A stretch of DNA of 63,846 nucleotides, filler included, from Octopus bimaculoides (GCF_001194135.2; 9 parts of 7 records of this genome joined end to end with filler, not necessarily neighbours in it), one strand, 5' to 3'; counted from the first letter of the whole stretch, positions 1 to 14,250 are shown. The notes: a model not told the origin generated them from the sequence alone. Translations and numbers: made by a program.

Positions 1-359
1 TGTGTGTGTGTGTGTGTGTGTATGTGCATACGTGTATATACTCATAAATATATATATTCATACATACATATGAATTAGAAGCGTTGTTAGTTCGTGAATC
101 GGCATCGTTTTCTTTTTCGGTACGTGGCATTGAAAATTCACAGCAATAACGAAACATCGACGACTGCCGCTCTGACGAGGACCGGTTGTGAGTTGTCACG
201 CTTGCCTATGACTTATTTTCAGGTGCTTGTAACACCAGGCGCATTGAGAAAATATCCTGTTGCGCCTAAAAAACGCAGACGACTCACGAACTAACAACAG
301 ACCACACGCTTTGTGTATGTGTAGTCGCTTTTGTATGTATATCGATCTGCATAATACTA

Positions 360-1563
360 TCAAGTTGAGTAAAAAGTAAGCAACGTTTTGAACTATCAAG
401 AATTTGAACCGGATCTTTGTAGAGTTTTCAATTTTTTAAAAACATTTTTTTGCATTATCTGATAATACACACAGACTTGCCCAAATGCATCAATAAACTA
501 ACATTGATATTTTTATCACCGTTGTTACAATCATCTGAAATGGAACTATCAAAGCGCGATATTCGAGCAATTTTGCTATTCAACTTCAACAAAGGACGTA
601 AAACAGCGGAAACTGCTCACGATATCAACGAAACGTTTGGTGAGGAAATGACCAGTGAGTGGTCAGCTCGAAAATGCTTTAAACGATTTCGCAGTGGTAA
701 CCTGAGCCTTTAAGATCGTGAGCGTAGAACCACTCGAGAACTGGCAAAAGAACTTCAAGCTAGCCAGAAAACTGCCTGTGACCATTTGCATGCGAGAAGA
801 AAATCAGAAACGATCGACAAATGTACACCGCATGAATTGAATGAAAATCAGAAAATGCGCAGTTGTGAAATTTGTTCGTCGCTTCTTCTCCGTAACCAGA
901 TCGTTCCATTTCTCGATCGTATTGTAACTTGCGATGAAAAGTGGATTCTGTACAATAATAAAAAATGTTTTTCGCAGTAGTTGGACCAAAATGAAGCACC
1001 GAAAAATCTTCCCTAAACCCGAGCTCTTCAAAAACAAGGTTATGGTGATTGTTTCGTGGTGTACTGCTGGACTCACCCATTATAAGTTCTTAAAACCTGA
1101 AAAAAACCCATTACTGCAGAAACATTTTCTCATGAAATTGCCAAAATAAACGTAAAACTGCTACTCCAAACTGGTCAGCAGAAGAGGACCAATTATTCTT
1201 CCTGACAATGCACGAACACTCGTTTTACTAATGACGTTCCAGAAGTTGAAGGAACTTGGCTATGAAGTTCTTCCTCAGCCAGCTTATTCCCTTGACCTTT
1301 CTCTTACCGACTACCACTTGATGGTTTCCTGCGAGAGTAGGAGTTCAAAAATCAAACCGATGCTGAAAGTGCGTTCAAAAAGTTCATCAGCTCCAGACCT
1401 CCAATTTTTTTTATGTTACCGGAATAAACAAAGTTGTTACTCGTTGGCAAAAATGTCTTGATTGTAATCGTACTTACTTTGATGAATGAAATTTCTGTAT
1501 TGTTGAAATATTTTGTGATGAATTCCATGTTTCAAAACGTTGCTTACTTTTTACTCCGTCTGA
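360..1563 (+). mobile_element. Decayed mariner (DD34D, Mos1/SETMAR-like) DNA transposon with TIRs and TA flanks
   Basis: Imperfect ~33-bp TIRs (tcaagttgagtaaaaagtaagcaacgttttgaa / ttcaaaacgttgcttactttttactccgtctga) with TA on both sides. Broken transposase: MELSKRDIRAILLF..., TPHELNENQK, VTCDEKW, PDNART, YSLDLSLTDYH; stops and frameshifts present. Confidence 0.93.
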
Positions 1564-2884
1564 TAGATACCATTGTGATTATAATAGAAGAGACAAAGGA
1601 TTGGTGTGTGCCTAGTTGTGGTAATAGGTTTGTGAGTAACAGCTTATCAATCGATTGAACCTTCTTTCAGATGTTCATCCGAAGATTGTCTTCATTTTTA
1701 ACTGTTAAATAAGTAGGCTATCCCTTGCCTTTGGAGAGGAATTATATGCTCTGTGTTGTTACCGTTGTTGTGTAGTGTCATTAACTATAATCGAACAGAC
1801 CTATGACTAAGAAATTTCCAGTCATGACCATCTCGTCTGATCTTGGATATAAGTGTATATGAAAAACTCTATTTTCTAATTTGTTCTTCTTAATTTCTAC
1901 GTTAAGGGAAGGTCTCGGTTTTGATATCTGATATAATTTGAAGTAATAAACTTTCGATAACAGAGCTGGATGCTTTAAGGCACTTATTCGAGGTTTCTAT
2001 GTTCTTTCAAATTCCTCTGTCGTAATTATTTCAATTAGAGCTCGTCTCTCCATCTCTCCCTTCCCCCTCCATCCCACCCCCGCTCACTCACTCACTCACT
2101 TATGTTTCTCTGTCGCTCTCACGCTCACACCGCCCACCCTCTCCATTTCACTTTGATATACTGTTAAATAAAGTAGAAAACAGACAGTGATTCATCGTAT
2201 CATCATACAATAATATTCTCCTTCCAATCACTACTTTATATAGGTTGATAGGTAAATTACAACGTTGTCTCGTCGCTATAGGCATGCAAGTTTAAAGATG
2301 TCTGTGTTTGCGTATTTACGCGTTTATGTCTGTGCGTGTGCGTGTGAGCGTAAATTAAGATAATGCTAGTATTTTAAAGAAATTTTAAGAATAACAATGG
2401 AACATTTACCGATACTGTAACTCTATATTGAGAGAAGACTCAATTGAAAATGATTGCGAAGTTCATGTTGGTTGAAATATCATGAAATACATGCATAATA
2501 TAAATATACAGGTAAACGGACATATATATACACGCACTTACATATACACACATATATATATATTTATGTGTGTTTGTATGTGTGAACATATACAGATGTA
2601 TATGAGCGTGTGTGTGTGTGTGTTTGTGTGTGTGCGTGTGTGTGTGTGTGTGTGGTTGTATGTGTGTAACTTATTTATACACTGTGTTGCAAAGAACCAC
2701 AAAAGCAGAATTAGAATTATGCTATAAATGTCTCTCTCTAATTCGAACACTACCAGCATACTCTACTTAGCGCATATGTGTTCCTCAAACAACTCAAGTA
2801 TCTCGTTTATGACGTATAGTGTTAAAAAAGAAAACGCTGTATACTTCAGAGTTAGGCGAAACGAAATCGTACCAGACGTGATTA

Positions 2885-3028
2885 CGTCTACCAAAATCCA
2901 CTCCCAAAGATTTGGTTGACCCGAGGTTATTGAACGAGATACCTACCCAAGTTTCCATGCAGTGGTACTGAACCCGGAGGTATGTGGTTGGTAAGCAAGC
3001 TACTTACTACACAGCCACTCCTGCGCCT
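2885..3028 (-). mobile_element. tRNA-derived SINE family A, 5' part
   Basis: Reverse complement of the head seen at 56176 (caggagtggctgtgtggtaagtagcttgc...ttcagtaccactgcatggaaacttgggtag). Confidence 0.8.
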
Positions 3029-4424
3029 ATTATATATATAACAGTTTGTGCGTGCGTGTATATGTATATATACATATACAAACATATATATATATATATA
3101 TATATATANNNNNNNNNNNNNNNNNNNNNNNNNNNNNNNNNNNNNNNNNNNNNNNNNNNNNNNNNNNNNNNNNNNNNNNNNNNNNNNNNNNNNNNNNNNN
3201 NNNNNNNNNNNNNNNNNNNNNNNNNNNNNNNNNNNNNNNNNNNNNNNNNNNNNNNNNNNNNNNNNNNNNNNNNNNNNNNNNNNNNNNNNNNNNNNNNNNN
3301 NNNNNNNNNNNNNNNNNNNNNNNNNNNNNNNNNNNNNNNNNNNNNNNNNNNNNNNNNNNNNNNNNNNNNNNNNNNNNNNNNNNNNNNNNNNNNNNNNNNN
3401 NNNNNNNNNNNNNNNNNNNNNNNNNNNNNNNNNNNNNNNNNNNNNNNNNNNNNNNNNNNNNNNNNNNNNNNNNNNNNNNNNNNNNNNNNNNNNNNNNNNN
3501 NNNNNNNNNNNNNNNNNNNNNNNNNNNNNNNNNNNNNNNNNNNNNNNNNNNNNNNNNNNNNNNNNNNNNNNNNNNNNNNNNNNNNNNNNNNNNNNNNNNN
3601 NNNNNNNNNNNNNNNNNNNNNNNNNNNNNNNNNNNNNNNNNNNNNNNNNNNNNNNNNNNNNNNNNNNATAACATGTATATATGTATATATATATATATAT
3701 ATATATGTGTGTATGTATATATATATACACATACAAATATACATACATAGATAAATAAACACACGTACACACACACATATACACTCACATGCATATGATT
3801 CTCTTTGGAACTGTGGATCGCAAAGAATATAAGACTATATATCAAATAGCATATAAATATTCGATTGTAAAAGACCCGTGGACAAAAACAGCCGAAGGCT
3901 GGCCATGTGCACACACATATACACACACATACACACACGTATAGTGACGTAAAGCTAGTAGGCACCACAAGCAATACTTTAATGAAGTTGCCGAGTTTAC
4001 TCTATTCATAAAATACACTTTGCTAGATCATCATCCAAGATTACTAATCATCTCTATTAAATAATAGTATTACTAGGATGGTAGTATTATATGAAAGGCT
4101 ATCTTTGGGGAGGAATTGATGCTAAGTTGTGAGATGTTTACTATGTTTCTATGCTAACATTAAGAACCACTCAATTCGGTGTTCAAATTTGGTTTCCTCG
4201 ACACGGAGCTCATTGAAAATATCACATTTCACATCGCTTAAATACACGTAGTGCTGTGCGTTTGAAAGCAAAGCATTATTTGAGTTTAGTGTTATGCTAT
4301 ATTCTATCAGTCCCTCCAGAACACTGATGCATTCAATTTATCGATCTCAGCGACAGACAAAATCGACATCGTTCAGAGTCGAACACAATTACAGTAACAG
4401 ATATAATCGAGTTTGTTTGTTAGT

Positions 4425-4850
4425 TTGTTTGTTTGTTTGTTTGTTTTCCTTTTCTATGAGGAAACTTCAGTGTTTTACGTCTGTTATATAATGATTTTGA
4501 CTTTTTGTTTAATGACGAAGTGAAAGGAAGAGCAGGAGAGGAAGAGGAGGAGGAGGAGGAGGAGGAAGACGGAAAAGAGCCGAAGCAGAAGAGGAAGAGA
4601 TCGAAGATAAGCAAGAAACAGAAGAGGGAAAAAAGACGAGGAAGAGAAAGACGAAGACGGGAAAGTAAAAGTAGTGGTGTTGGTGGTGGTTGTGGTGGTA
4701 GTAGTTCTGGTTGTAGTAGTAGTAGTAATACTACTAGTACTAGTAGTAGTAGCAGCAGCAGCAGTGGTAGTAATATTGGTAGTGGTGGTAGTGGTAGAAG
4801 AAAAAGGCGAAGATGGAGAAGACGAAGGAAAAGAAGATAAAGAAGGGAGA
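4425..4850. repeat. Compound microsatellite/low complexity (TTTG, GAG/GAA, GGT/AGT/AGC)
   Basis: Directly visible runs; explains the poly-E/K/R/S/V ORFs. Confidence 0.9.
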
Positions 4851-5539
4851 GAGGAGAAGGGAAAAGGTATTTTCGACAGGTGTTGTTATTGTTGTTTTTT
4901 GTTGAACTGTTTCAGGTCAGTTCTGAATCAACAGACACGTGATTAAAGGCTTTTCAGCCGTAATCATGCTGTCTTATAGTATATATAGTCCTACATTGGC
5001 GAATGTATCCTTCCTCTTTTAAAAGGGTGGGATGATTTATAAGTGAATGTAAGCTACTGTTTGTAGCATGTCTCGTACTTGTACCCACAATCCCACATTG
5101 GTTACTTTGTTTGATATACAATCAGTTTTAATTTAATAGATTCAACCACAAATCTCAATTATTTTCTCTTTAACACCAGCAGTATTCCATATTAAATATA
5201 TGGAAGACACATCGATACTATAATGATATTCGCGCAGCAGCTGCTGATGAATATATACGTTTGATGTGCTTGCTGATTGTGAATCATGTGTATCGTATGC
5301 TCTCGTGTTACTAAGGCGCCCTTCATTGAAATTCGAGTTTCCGTAGCAGTAAAAGCGCCTGGGGTTTCTTGATTTTTAGTTTATGGTGAATTTGGTGTAT
5401 ATATTATACCATCAATTCATATTAAGGGCTTCATTTTCATGGGGGTCCTAAATTTCATTCAGGTAAGATTAGTTCAAGGGTGTCTAGTATTTTGAGGTAT
5501 CTGGAGGTTTTACTACATATATACATATGCATTCCCTGT

Positions 5540-5681
5540 TCAGGTCCACTGCGTGATACCCTGGGCAAGTGTCTTCCATTATAGCCTCGGGCCGACCAAA
5601 GGCTTGTGATTGAATTTGGTCGACGGAAACTGAAAGAAGCCCGTCGTATATATATATATATATATATATATNNNNNNNNNN

Positions 5682-5736
<55 letters not shown>

Positions 5737-5935
5737 AAAAAAACACACACATACATATCATCTTTCACTTGTTTCATTCTTTAGATTATGCCTTGAAGGA
5801 TTTCAGTCGAACGAATTGACCCCGGTACAGTTTTTTCTTTAAAGCCTGGTACTTATTCTATCCGTCTGATTTAACGAACCGCTAAGTTACGAGGACGTAA
5901 ACACACGAACACCGTTTGTCAAGTGTTGATGGTGG
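5540..5935. mobile_element. SINE family A fragments (central part + at 5540-5648, 3' part - at ~5770-5935)
   Basis: ccctgggcaagtgtcttccattatagcctcgggccgaccaaagg...gacggaaactgaaagaagcccgtcg, and aaccgctaagttacgaggacgtaaacacac match the 56176 and 55675 copies. Confidence 0.75.
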
Positions 5936-6118
5936 ACAAAAACACATATACACATACATACACACACACACGCACACACACACACACACACGCACACACA
6001 CGCGCACACACACACACACACACACACATATATNNNNNNNNNNACTTTTGTTATTTACACCACCTGTCCTCGTCTGTTGTTATTTTTTGTATATTCTCCC
6101 ATATATATATATATATAT

Positions 6119-6990
6119 AAAGGGTGCAATGGGTAAATTGTCGCCATTTATATATTTTGATTTCGTGCATGCGTATAGTGTGCTTTTGATTTTGTCGACT
6201 TCAAAGTATAGCAAGGTCAATTGGGTACCTCTGTGAGAGAAACTACACCATGACGTAATTCACTCTGCTAGGAATTTCGAAACGACACGCTGTGCTGCTT
6301 GGCATTCGCGGCCAGAAGCTTCAATACGAACATATAATAGTTTTGGGGTGTCAGTATAAGGACAGAGCAATGTGAAGACTTGTAAAACATCAGACACTCT
6401 GTATGCGTCATGCGCTTTGGAGTGGTCACTAGTGATGGCGAAGTTATGACACCATTCATCTTCCCACACGGCCTCAGTCTCAACAGGAGGCCAACATTAA
6501 GTGTCTGGAGGTGGTAGTGCTGCCCTGCGTGAAGAGGGTGAATGATGGAAGACCATATGTGTGGAAATAGGATGCTGCACCGTGCCACACAAGCAGGAGA
6601 ACTCATTCTTGGCTGTTAGATAATTTCTGCGACCACATTCACCTCTAACATCTGGCCACCTAACTCCCCAGACTGCAACCCCCTTGATTATTATATGTGG
6701 GTCGCAGTTGAGTGATAGACCAACAAAACTCTTTGTGACACCAAAGCTGACTGAAGTCAGCGATTATGGCAACATTGACCAACTTAAACAAGGAGACAGT
6801 GCAGAAGAGTTGCAAGAGATTGAGAAGTCGTATGGAGGCTGCGGTTGAAGCTAATGGCGAAATTATTGAATAAATGTACTCTTTAGTATTTCAAGATATT
6901 TTAATGTAATTTTGGTAAATATATCTGTTAAAGTGAGATGTCAGTGTTATTTTCATTTCTGCATAACTTAGACGACAGTCTATTCACTGC
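6119..6990 (+). mobile_element. Internally deleted DD37D (maT/mori-like) Tc1/mariner transposon
   Basis: Reconstructed across one frameshift and stops: ...GRPYVWKxDAAPCHTSRRTHSWLLDNFCDHITSNIWPPNSPDCNPLDY, with 37 residues between the 2nd and 3rd D. C-terminus SRMEAAVEANGEIIE*. Imperfect agggtg.. termini sit in TA runs. Confidence 0.85.
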
Positions 6991-7258
6991 ATCACCCTAT
7001 ATATATNNNNNNNNNNNNNNNNNNNNNNNNNNNNNNNNNNNNNNNNNNNNNNNNNNNNNNNNNNNNNNNNNNNNNNNNNNNNNNNNNNNNNNNNNNNNNN
7101 NNNNNNNNNNNNNNNNNNNNNNNNNNNNNNNNNNNNNNNNNNNNNNNNNNNNNNNNNNNNNNNNNNNNNNNNNNNNNNNNNNNNNNNNNNNNNNNNNNNN
7201 NNNNNNNNNNNNNNNNNNNNNNNNNNNNNNNNNNNNNNNNNNNNNNNNNNNNNNNNNN

Positions 7259-7345
7259 ATAAAGGAAAATACGCACACTCTGCAGAGTTTTAATATAATT
7301 TTTGATATATCGACCGGTTTCGCTTTTGCTATTCATGATATTAAG
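7259..7345 (-). mobile_element. 3' terminus of a Penelope-like element (same family as 36660-36770)
   Basis: Reverse complement aligns to 36677-36760 (catgaata.c.aaagcgaaaccggtcgatatat.aaaaattatattaaaact). Confidence 0.8.
7307..7341 (-). ncRNA. Minimal type I hammerhead ribozyme motif, A3-U8 core variant
   Basis: ATATC-ATGAATA-GC AAAA GC-GAAA-CCGGT-C-GATAT: 5-bp stem I, palindromic stem III ACCGGT, GUC triplet. Confidence 0.6.
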
Positions 7346-7523
7346 GTTTACTTAATTGAATATGTATTTTCTTAAGAAGAAATTTTTGTGAATGTGTGAT
7401 GATATTTACGAGTGAATGACTTCATAAGTACAAAAATATAAGTGGAGGTAATGGGTTATCGTTGTTATTGTTATTGTTGTGGGCAAGAGTATATATATAT
7501 ATATATATATCTATATATATATG

Positions 7524-7900
7524 ACATTGCACTCCGTCGGTTACGACGACGAGATTTCCAGTTGATCTGATTGACGGAACAGCCTGATCGTGAAATTAAC
7601 GCAGAAGTGGCTGAGCACTCCACAGACACGTGTACCCTTAACGTAGTTCTCGAGAGATGCAGCGTGACATACTGTGTGACAAACCGGCCCTTTGAAATAC
7701 AGGTACAACAGGAACAAGAAGAAAGAGTGAGAGAAAGTTGTGGTGAAATAATACAGCAGGGTTTGCAAGTATCCCCTGCCGGAGCCTCGTAGGGCTTTAG
7801 GTGTTTTCACTCAATGAACACTCACAACGCCCGGGCTGGGAATCGAAACCGTGATCCTACGACAGAGAATCCGCTGCCCTAACCACTGGGCACCTCCACT
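7524..7900 (-). mobile_element. tRNA-derived SINE family C
   Basis: Near-full-length match to copies at 53046-53421 and 54604-54985 (cccagtggttagggcagcgg... B-box-like gtttcgattccc). Confidence 0.85.
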
Positions 7901-7905
7901 ATATA

Positions 7906-8005
7906 NNNNNNNNNNNNNNNNNNNNNNNNNNNNNNNNNNNNNNNNNNNNTTAATTAATTAANNNNNNNNNNNNNNNNNNNNNNNNNNNNNNNNNNNNNNN
8001 NNNNN
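7906..8005. other. Artificial scaffold linker
   Basis: 44 N + TTAATTAATTAA (7950-7961) + 44 N. Confidence 0.97.
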
Positions 8006-10427
8006 TTTTTATAACGTGCTTTCACTTCACTACCGAGCGCAGCTCTGTGTGCCTTGGGTATGTGCTGTGGTTTGCTGTAATGCTCTTATGGTTACTGTAT
8101 TGAAAGTGTTTCACGTAGGATGAGAGCGGTGCCTAGTAGTGCTATTTTCTGTATGTTACATATATTTGTTAGTCCTGGTGTTTTTGCTATGTATTTGTCT
8201 GAATATTTTTTTATCATACCTAATGCGCCCACTATGATAGGAATTGTTTCTGTTTTTAGATTCCACATTTGAGTTACCTCTATTTCCAGATCTTTGTATT
8301 TTGAAAGTTTCTCTATTCTTTTAGAGAAACGTTGTCATCTGTTGGTATTGATACAGCAATTAGAAAACATTTTTTTCTTCATGATCTCTGACAACTATAT
8401 CTGGCATATTGACCTTAATTTCTCTATCTGTGTGTATTGACGTATCCCAGAGTATGCTTGCTTTCTCATTTTCTATGACCTTTTCTGGCGTGTTTTTATA
8501 CCATCTTTTTCTGTTGTTATTCCATAGTGTTGGCATAGCTTCCAGTGTATGTAGGTCCAAACTCTGTCGTGTCTGTGAATATATTCTTTCTTAGCCAGGA
8601 CTGGGCTGCCAGAGACAATATGATTTATTGTTTCTTGCCCATTTCCACATATTCTGCAGTTACCTGTTATGTTTCTTTTCATTATATGTTTTTGGTAATT
8701 TCTGGTGGGGAGGCTTTGGTCTTGTGCAGCTGTTAAAAATCTTTCAGTCTCTGCTTTGAGTCCTGAGCTTCTCAGCCAATGCTAGGATTTTGCTTTGTCT
8801 GTTTCTTTTGCATTTAGTTTAACCCAGCATTTGAAGGGGTTTTTCCTGCCATCGTTTTATCATGATCCGTTGCTGCTCTAGTTTCAGTTTGGATTTCATT
8901 TGTTTTACAGCTTTTGTTCTTTCTTATTTTTCTTCATAGTTGTTAAGTAGTATGACTTCTTGTTTGTATTTATCAGCTTCTTTAAAAACTGAAAATAGTT
9001 TTTGGTTTTGTTTGTGTTTTGTGGCTATTTGTATTAGCTTTCCTTGCTTCTGAAGTAGGTGTGTTTGCAGTCCTATGGTAGTTATTTGGTAATAGTTTTC
9101 TAGCTGTATAAGGCCTCTACCACCTTCTATACGTTGAATATATAACTTTTCTATGACAGATTTTGGGTGGTGTATCCTAAATTCTGTCATTATTTTTCTT
9201 GTTTTCCTGTCTATTTTGATTAGTTTATTTAGTGTCCAGTTAAGGATATTGTAGCTGTAACTTATAACTGGGACGGCTAAAGAGTTGTTATCTACTATCT
9301 TGTTTTTCGCATTGAGCTCTATTTTCAGTATTGATCTAACTCGTCTATAGTATTAATTTTTTAAATTTTCTCTTTCATTTGTGAGTGTTGTATTGTATCT
9401 AGTTCATTGATTCCTAATTACTTGTATGTCTGGCTTTGGTCTAATTCTCTTATTTCATTTCATTTATCTAGTGTGATGTTGCTACTCTTAACTAGTTTTC
9501 CTTTTTTCAAGGTTGCTTTGGCACATTTTTCTAAGCCAAATTTCATATTTATTTCTTTGGTAAATCCATGTACTCTCTCTAGTAATGTTTCCAGCTGTTT
9601 ATCATTTGTAGCGTAGTTTTAGGTCATCTATATATAAGAGGTGTCTTATTGTTTTGCCGTAACAGTTGAATCCACATCCAGTTCTGTTTAGCATGTCAGA
9701 TAAATGTGTCAGGGCCAAGCAGAAAAGGAGTGGAGAGAGCGTGTCTCCCTGAAATATTCCTCCTCTAATGGGGATGGCTTTGGTTTTTATGAGTCCCTCT
9801 TTTGTTTGGAGCTGTAGCACTGTCTGCCATTTATTCATAGAGTGTTGTATATATTTTATGATTATTTGTGCTACCTTGTTCATGGCTAGTGTGGGGAATA
9901 CTGCCAAAAGCCTTTCGGTAATCGATCCAGGCCATATACCTTTCTTATTTCTGCGGTTATCTTCAGTTATGGCTTTTTTGTTGACCTTCACAGCCGTATG
10001 AGCCCTTGCACCATTCCTTCTGCTCATTCTCTGCGATATTATTGCAGTAAAGGCTTTGTAAATTGTAGGAAGACAAGTTATTGGTCTGTAATTTTGTGGG
10101 TTAGCCGTTTCAGTGGATTTGGGAATTAGGATAGTTTTCCCTTTCGTGAGCCATTCAGGCATTGACTCTGGCTCTGCTAATGTCATTAAATTTCTCAGCC
10201 AGTTTTTTGTGTGTTCCTGTCAGATATCTTAACCAGAAGTTGAAGATTTTATCGTGCCCGAGTGCTTTCCAGTTGCTTAGTTTTTGCAGTGCCTGGGTGA
10301 CCTCTTCAGTTGTTATAAGGGCCCAGAGTTGTTCAGGTGTTGAGTTCGTTGTTTTAATAGAACTTTTCTGAGGTTGTTCCTTATTTTTTAGGTCATCATT
10401 TGGGACCACTACATTCATTATTAACAT
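8006..10427 (-). mobile_element. R4/Dong-clade non-LTR retrotransposon (RT + CCHC + RLE), 5'-truncated, decayed
   Basis: GKTILIPK, NYRPITCLPTIYK, AWIDYRKAFGSIPH (alternate frame), GIFQGDTLSP, LLYIDDLKL, CRICGNGQETINHIVSG, MPDIVV. Multiple frameshifts; the 3' UTR runs into the gap. Confidence 0.9.
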
Positions 10428-10587
10428 AAATAAGGTGTAACCATATGGCTGTTAATTAACTTTGAATGTTTAGCATTCTAATATGTAATCGGAGCAAAAA
10501 TACAGAAGAAATCATTTTCATTACAAAATGCTCCAAGGGAACATGAGAAATCGTATCCACACACGCATATGCACACTCACATATTCT

Positions 10588-10637
<50 letters not shown>

Positions 10638-11012
10638 NNNNNNNNNNGTGTGTGTATGTGTGTGTGTGTGTGTGCGTGTATATGTGTGTTTGTGTGTGTG
10701 TGCGTATGTGTGGCTATGTATGTATGTGGGTATGTGTGTGTATATATAATACATATATATATTCATATATGTACATATGTGAATATATATATATTTATGT
10801 ATGTACGTATAATGTCTATATCTATGTATATTTCGTGGTAGTATATTTCTAGGGCACCTATATTTTAGAAGCTTGTCTCTTGAGGTAAACTGGAAAAGAA
10901 CCAATTTAAAAAGGTTGATGAAATGTACGAAGTATTGTATGTAAATCTAATATGAATTATCACATCACATAGCTGGAGACAGTAGTATCGTCAATGTAGG
11001 TGGCGGTGGCGT

Positions 11013-11071
<59 letters not shown>

Positions 11072-11689
11072 ACGGTTGAAGGTCATATAGCGCGATTATA
11101 AACACTAGAATCAGACAAAACAAATGGGATTAAGATAAGAATAACGAAATATACCCATAAAACATAAGGTTGTTACGTTGCGATTTATCAGGTGGAGGTG
11201 AGAAATAATTTGAGTGTGAAGTGTAATAAAATCGCTGTAAGAAGAGAAGATAGTGTAATTGGTAAGGTGTTAGACGACAAAACTGTGAAGACAAGTGATT
11301 TAATCAGATGAAAGGATTGTATTTCACTTGATACGGTCTTTTTGTGCAATACGTTGAAATGTTTGGCTAAATACGCAACGTTTAAAACAAATACTTCACT
11401 GTTTTCTTTTGTATGTTTTTTCATGGATAATTTTCAGGTTGATATCGACTATGTGGGCTTTAGAGGAATGCCATGAATTATCTGTGCATGTGCATATATG
11501 TGTGGGCATTTAAGACTATAGGGCTAAGCGCTTCATGGATGTGAAACAACTGGTCACTCTCTGAGCGGCCTAGGATATTACTGCTCAAGTGTTTTAGAGC
11601 GTGCCTCTCCTTTACGAGTGTTATCATGTACATTGTTTTGTCATGGTATAAAGGATGGACTACGGCAAATATTCTACTCAATACCACAG

Positions 11690-12127
11690 ATATGCTTGTC
11701 AGTTATTTAACCTTAACCAGTTGAACATGTCCCTTAGTGGAAGATAATATGTGCATCTCTGATCACGAGCAGAAGTAGTGGGGTGCATCATAGCTATGTT
11801 TGAGAGGAATTCTTTCGGGTTTGAGTAATTCACCTCCGGAAATATGGGCGTTTCGTTCAGCAGCCTTTAAAACCCTTATTCAAGGACCTTTAGATCGGGA
11901 TAAGCTACTCAGCCTGAAGAAAATTCTAACTGGGTCCCACCTGCAAGGTCATGTGCTGTTTATCGTAATATGAGATCACCATGTCGCACACATATGGTTA
12001 TGATGCATGTGCCTGGTGTACCCTTATCAGACGGGTAATCAAGATGGATATACTGGGCTTCGTCTATTTTACCCGAGTGTCACTTTGATGACATGCACTG
12101 CACTCTCACCCAATAATAATAATAATG

Positions 12128-12165
<38 letters not shown>
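11690..12165 (+). repeat. Unclassified interspersed repeat ending in an (AAT)n tail
   Basis: Higher-GC non-coding block ending ...cactgcactctcaccc(aat)n, like a retroposon 3' end. Family not identified. Confidence 0.4.
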
Positions 12166-12265
12166 NNNNNNNNNNNNNNNNNNNNNNNNNNNNNNNNNNN
12201 NNNNNNNNNTTAATTAATTAANNNNNNNNNNNNNNNNNNNNNNNNNNNNNNNNNNNNNNNNNNNN
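12166..12265. other. Artificial scaffold linker
   Basis: 44 N + TTAATTAATTAA (12210-12221) + 44 N. Confidence 0.97.
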
Positions 12266-12315
<50 letters not shown>

Positions 12316-12596
12316 TTATTTATTTATTTATTTATGTGTTTCAGCCAAGTGGCTGCGGTCATATATATGTGTATATGTGTATATATATGTGTATATATAT
12401 GTATACATATATAAGTATTATATTTTATATGACATTTATGAGCACTAATTTGGGATATGAAAAGCAACAAAACCCTTCTACAAGACACACACATTGCATC
12501 TATCACATTTGCTCTTATAGAGAAGTCTGTTCTCTTCTCATGTACTACATTAATGCTCATAAATTTTATGTAATTTATATCTAAAATCTTAATAAT

Positions 12597-12650
<54 letters not shown>

Positions 12651-12789
12651 GAAATGAATAACAATTTCTGAGGAAAAATATTTTCAAACATGAAAGATGA
12701 TGAAAATTTTGGTCAGGAAGTGGAAAATTAGTTTTAACAGGCAATAATTCTTTTTAAAATTTGGCAAAGAAATCAAATAATAATGATAA

Positions 12790-14040
12790 TAATAATAATT
12801 CATTCTATGATAGGCACAAGGCCTGAATTTTTTAGAGGAGGGTGCTAGTTGATTAAATTGACTGTGATGATTGACTGGTACTTATTTTATTGACTCTGAG
12901 ATGATGAAAGGCAAAGATGACCTCAGTGGAATTTGAACTCAGAATGTAAAAACAGATGAAATACCACTAAGCATTTTGTCTGGTGTGCTAATGATTTTGC
13001 CAGCTTATCACCTTAATAATAATAATAATAATAATAGTAATAATAATAATAAAATAATAATAATAATAATCCTTTCTACTAAAGGCACAAGGCCTGAAAT
13101 TTGGGAGAAGGGAACTAGTAAATTACATCAACCCCACTGTTTCACTGGTACTTACTTTATCGACCCTGGATGAAAGGCAAAGTCGACCCCAGCAGAATTT
13201 GAACTTAGAATGTTAATGATTCTGCCAACTTGCTGCCTTAATAATAATGATGGTTTCAAATTTTGCCACAAGGGCGGCAATTTTGGGGGAGGGGATGAGA
13301 TGATTACATTGACCCCAGTGCTCAACTGGTACTTTTTTTATTGACCCTGAAAGGATGAAAGGCAAAGCCAATCTTGGTGGAATTTGAACTCAGAATGTAA
13401 GGATGATGAAATACTGCTAAGCATTTCACCTGGCATGCTAACAATTTGGCCAGCTTGCTTCCTTGCTTACTGTCTTAATAATAAAATTAATAACAATAAT
13501 GATTCCTTTTATTTGCCAAAAGAGCAATGAATGAAGGGACATCACACAGACAAACTTTGTAACATAGGTACAAGGCTTGACATTTATAACAGAAAAAAAT
13601 CAAGACTAACTGACTCAATTAATATATTACTGGTACTTAGTTTATCAACATCCTCTCCCTCTCAGAGTATGAAAGATAAAGTCAATCCAAGCAGGATTTA
13701 AACACAGAACTAAGAGGAACATAAGTACATACCATAAAGCATTTAGCCAAGCATCTCCACCATCTTTTGCATTCAAAGCAAATGAAAACGAAGATGACAA
13801 TAATAATATAGTAATGGTATTAAATTTTAGCACAAGGCCAGTAATTTTGGGGGAGGGACTAAGTCAATTAAATCAACCCTGGTTCTCAACTGGTACTTAT
13901 TTTATCAACCCTGAAAGGATGAAAGGTAAAGTTGACCACAGTGGCATTTGAACCCACTACGTAAAGCAGGTGAAATGCCACCAAGCATTTTGACCAACGT
14001 ACTAATGATTCTGCCAGCTTGCTGCTTTTTAATAATAATA
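12790..14040 (-). mobile_element. Cluster of head-to-tail SINE family B copies separated by (AAT)n
   Basis: Repeated ggcacaagg...aactggtactt...gatgaaaggcaaag..gacc...gaatttgaactcagaa...ctgccagct units. The minus strand has A-box (TGGCAGAATCG-like) and B-box (GAGTTCAAATTCC) motifs. Confidence 0.9.
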
Positions 14041-14250
14041 TAATAATAAAATTTCAAAAATAGACACAAGGCCACAATATATTATTTTCTTTTGAGAGTT
14101 GGGGGTGGGCACAACAATAAAATATATACCAGTAATAAAACTGCTATGTTCTCTCTAAATATTAAGTAGTCAGTGTGTGCAAAAATTTCAAGCTGGGCAT
14201 GTTTTTTACTCTTTTTTACTCATGACAAGAGGATGTATGCACTGAACCTA

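Noticed and set aside
94-294. ORF ending PKKRRRLTN with a good AG at 221 and a GTGAGT donor upstream
   Set aside because: The implied intron is only ~35 nt, no homolog is recognised and there are no supporting exons; the NLS-like match may be chance.
7950-7961. TTAATTAATTAA as a homeodomain site or PacI cluster
   Set aside because: It is always centred in exactly 44+44 Ns, so it is an assembly artefact.
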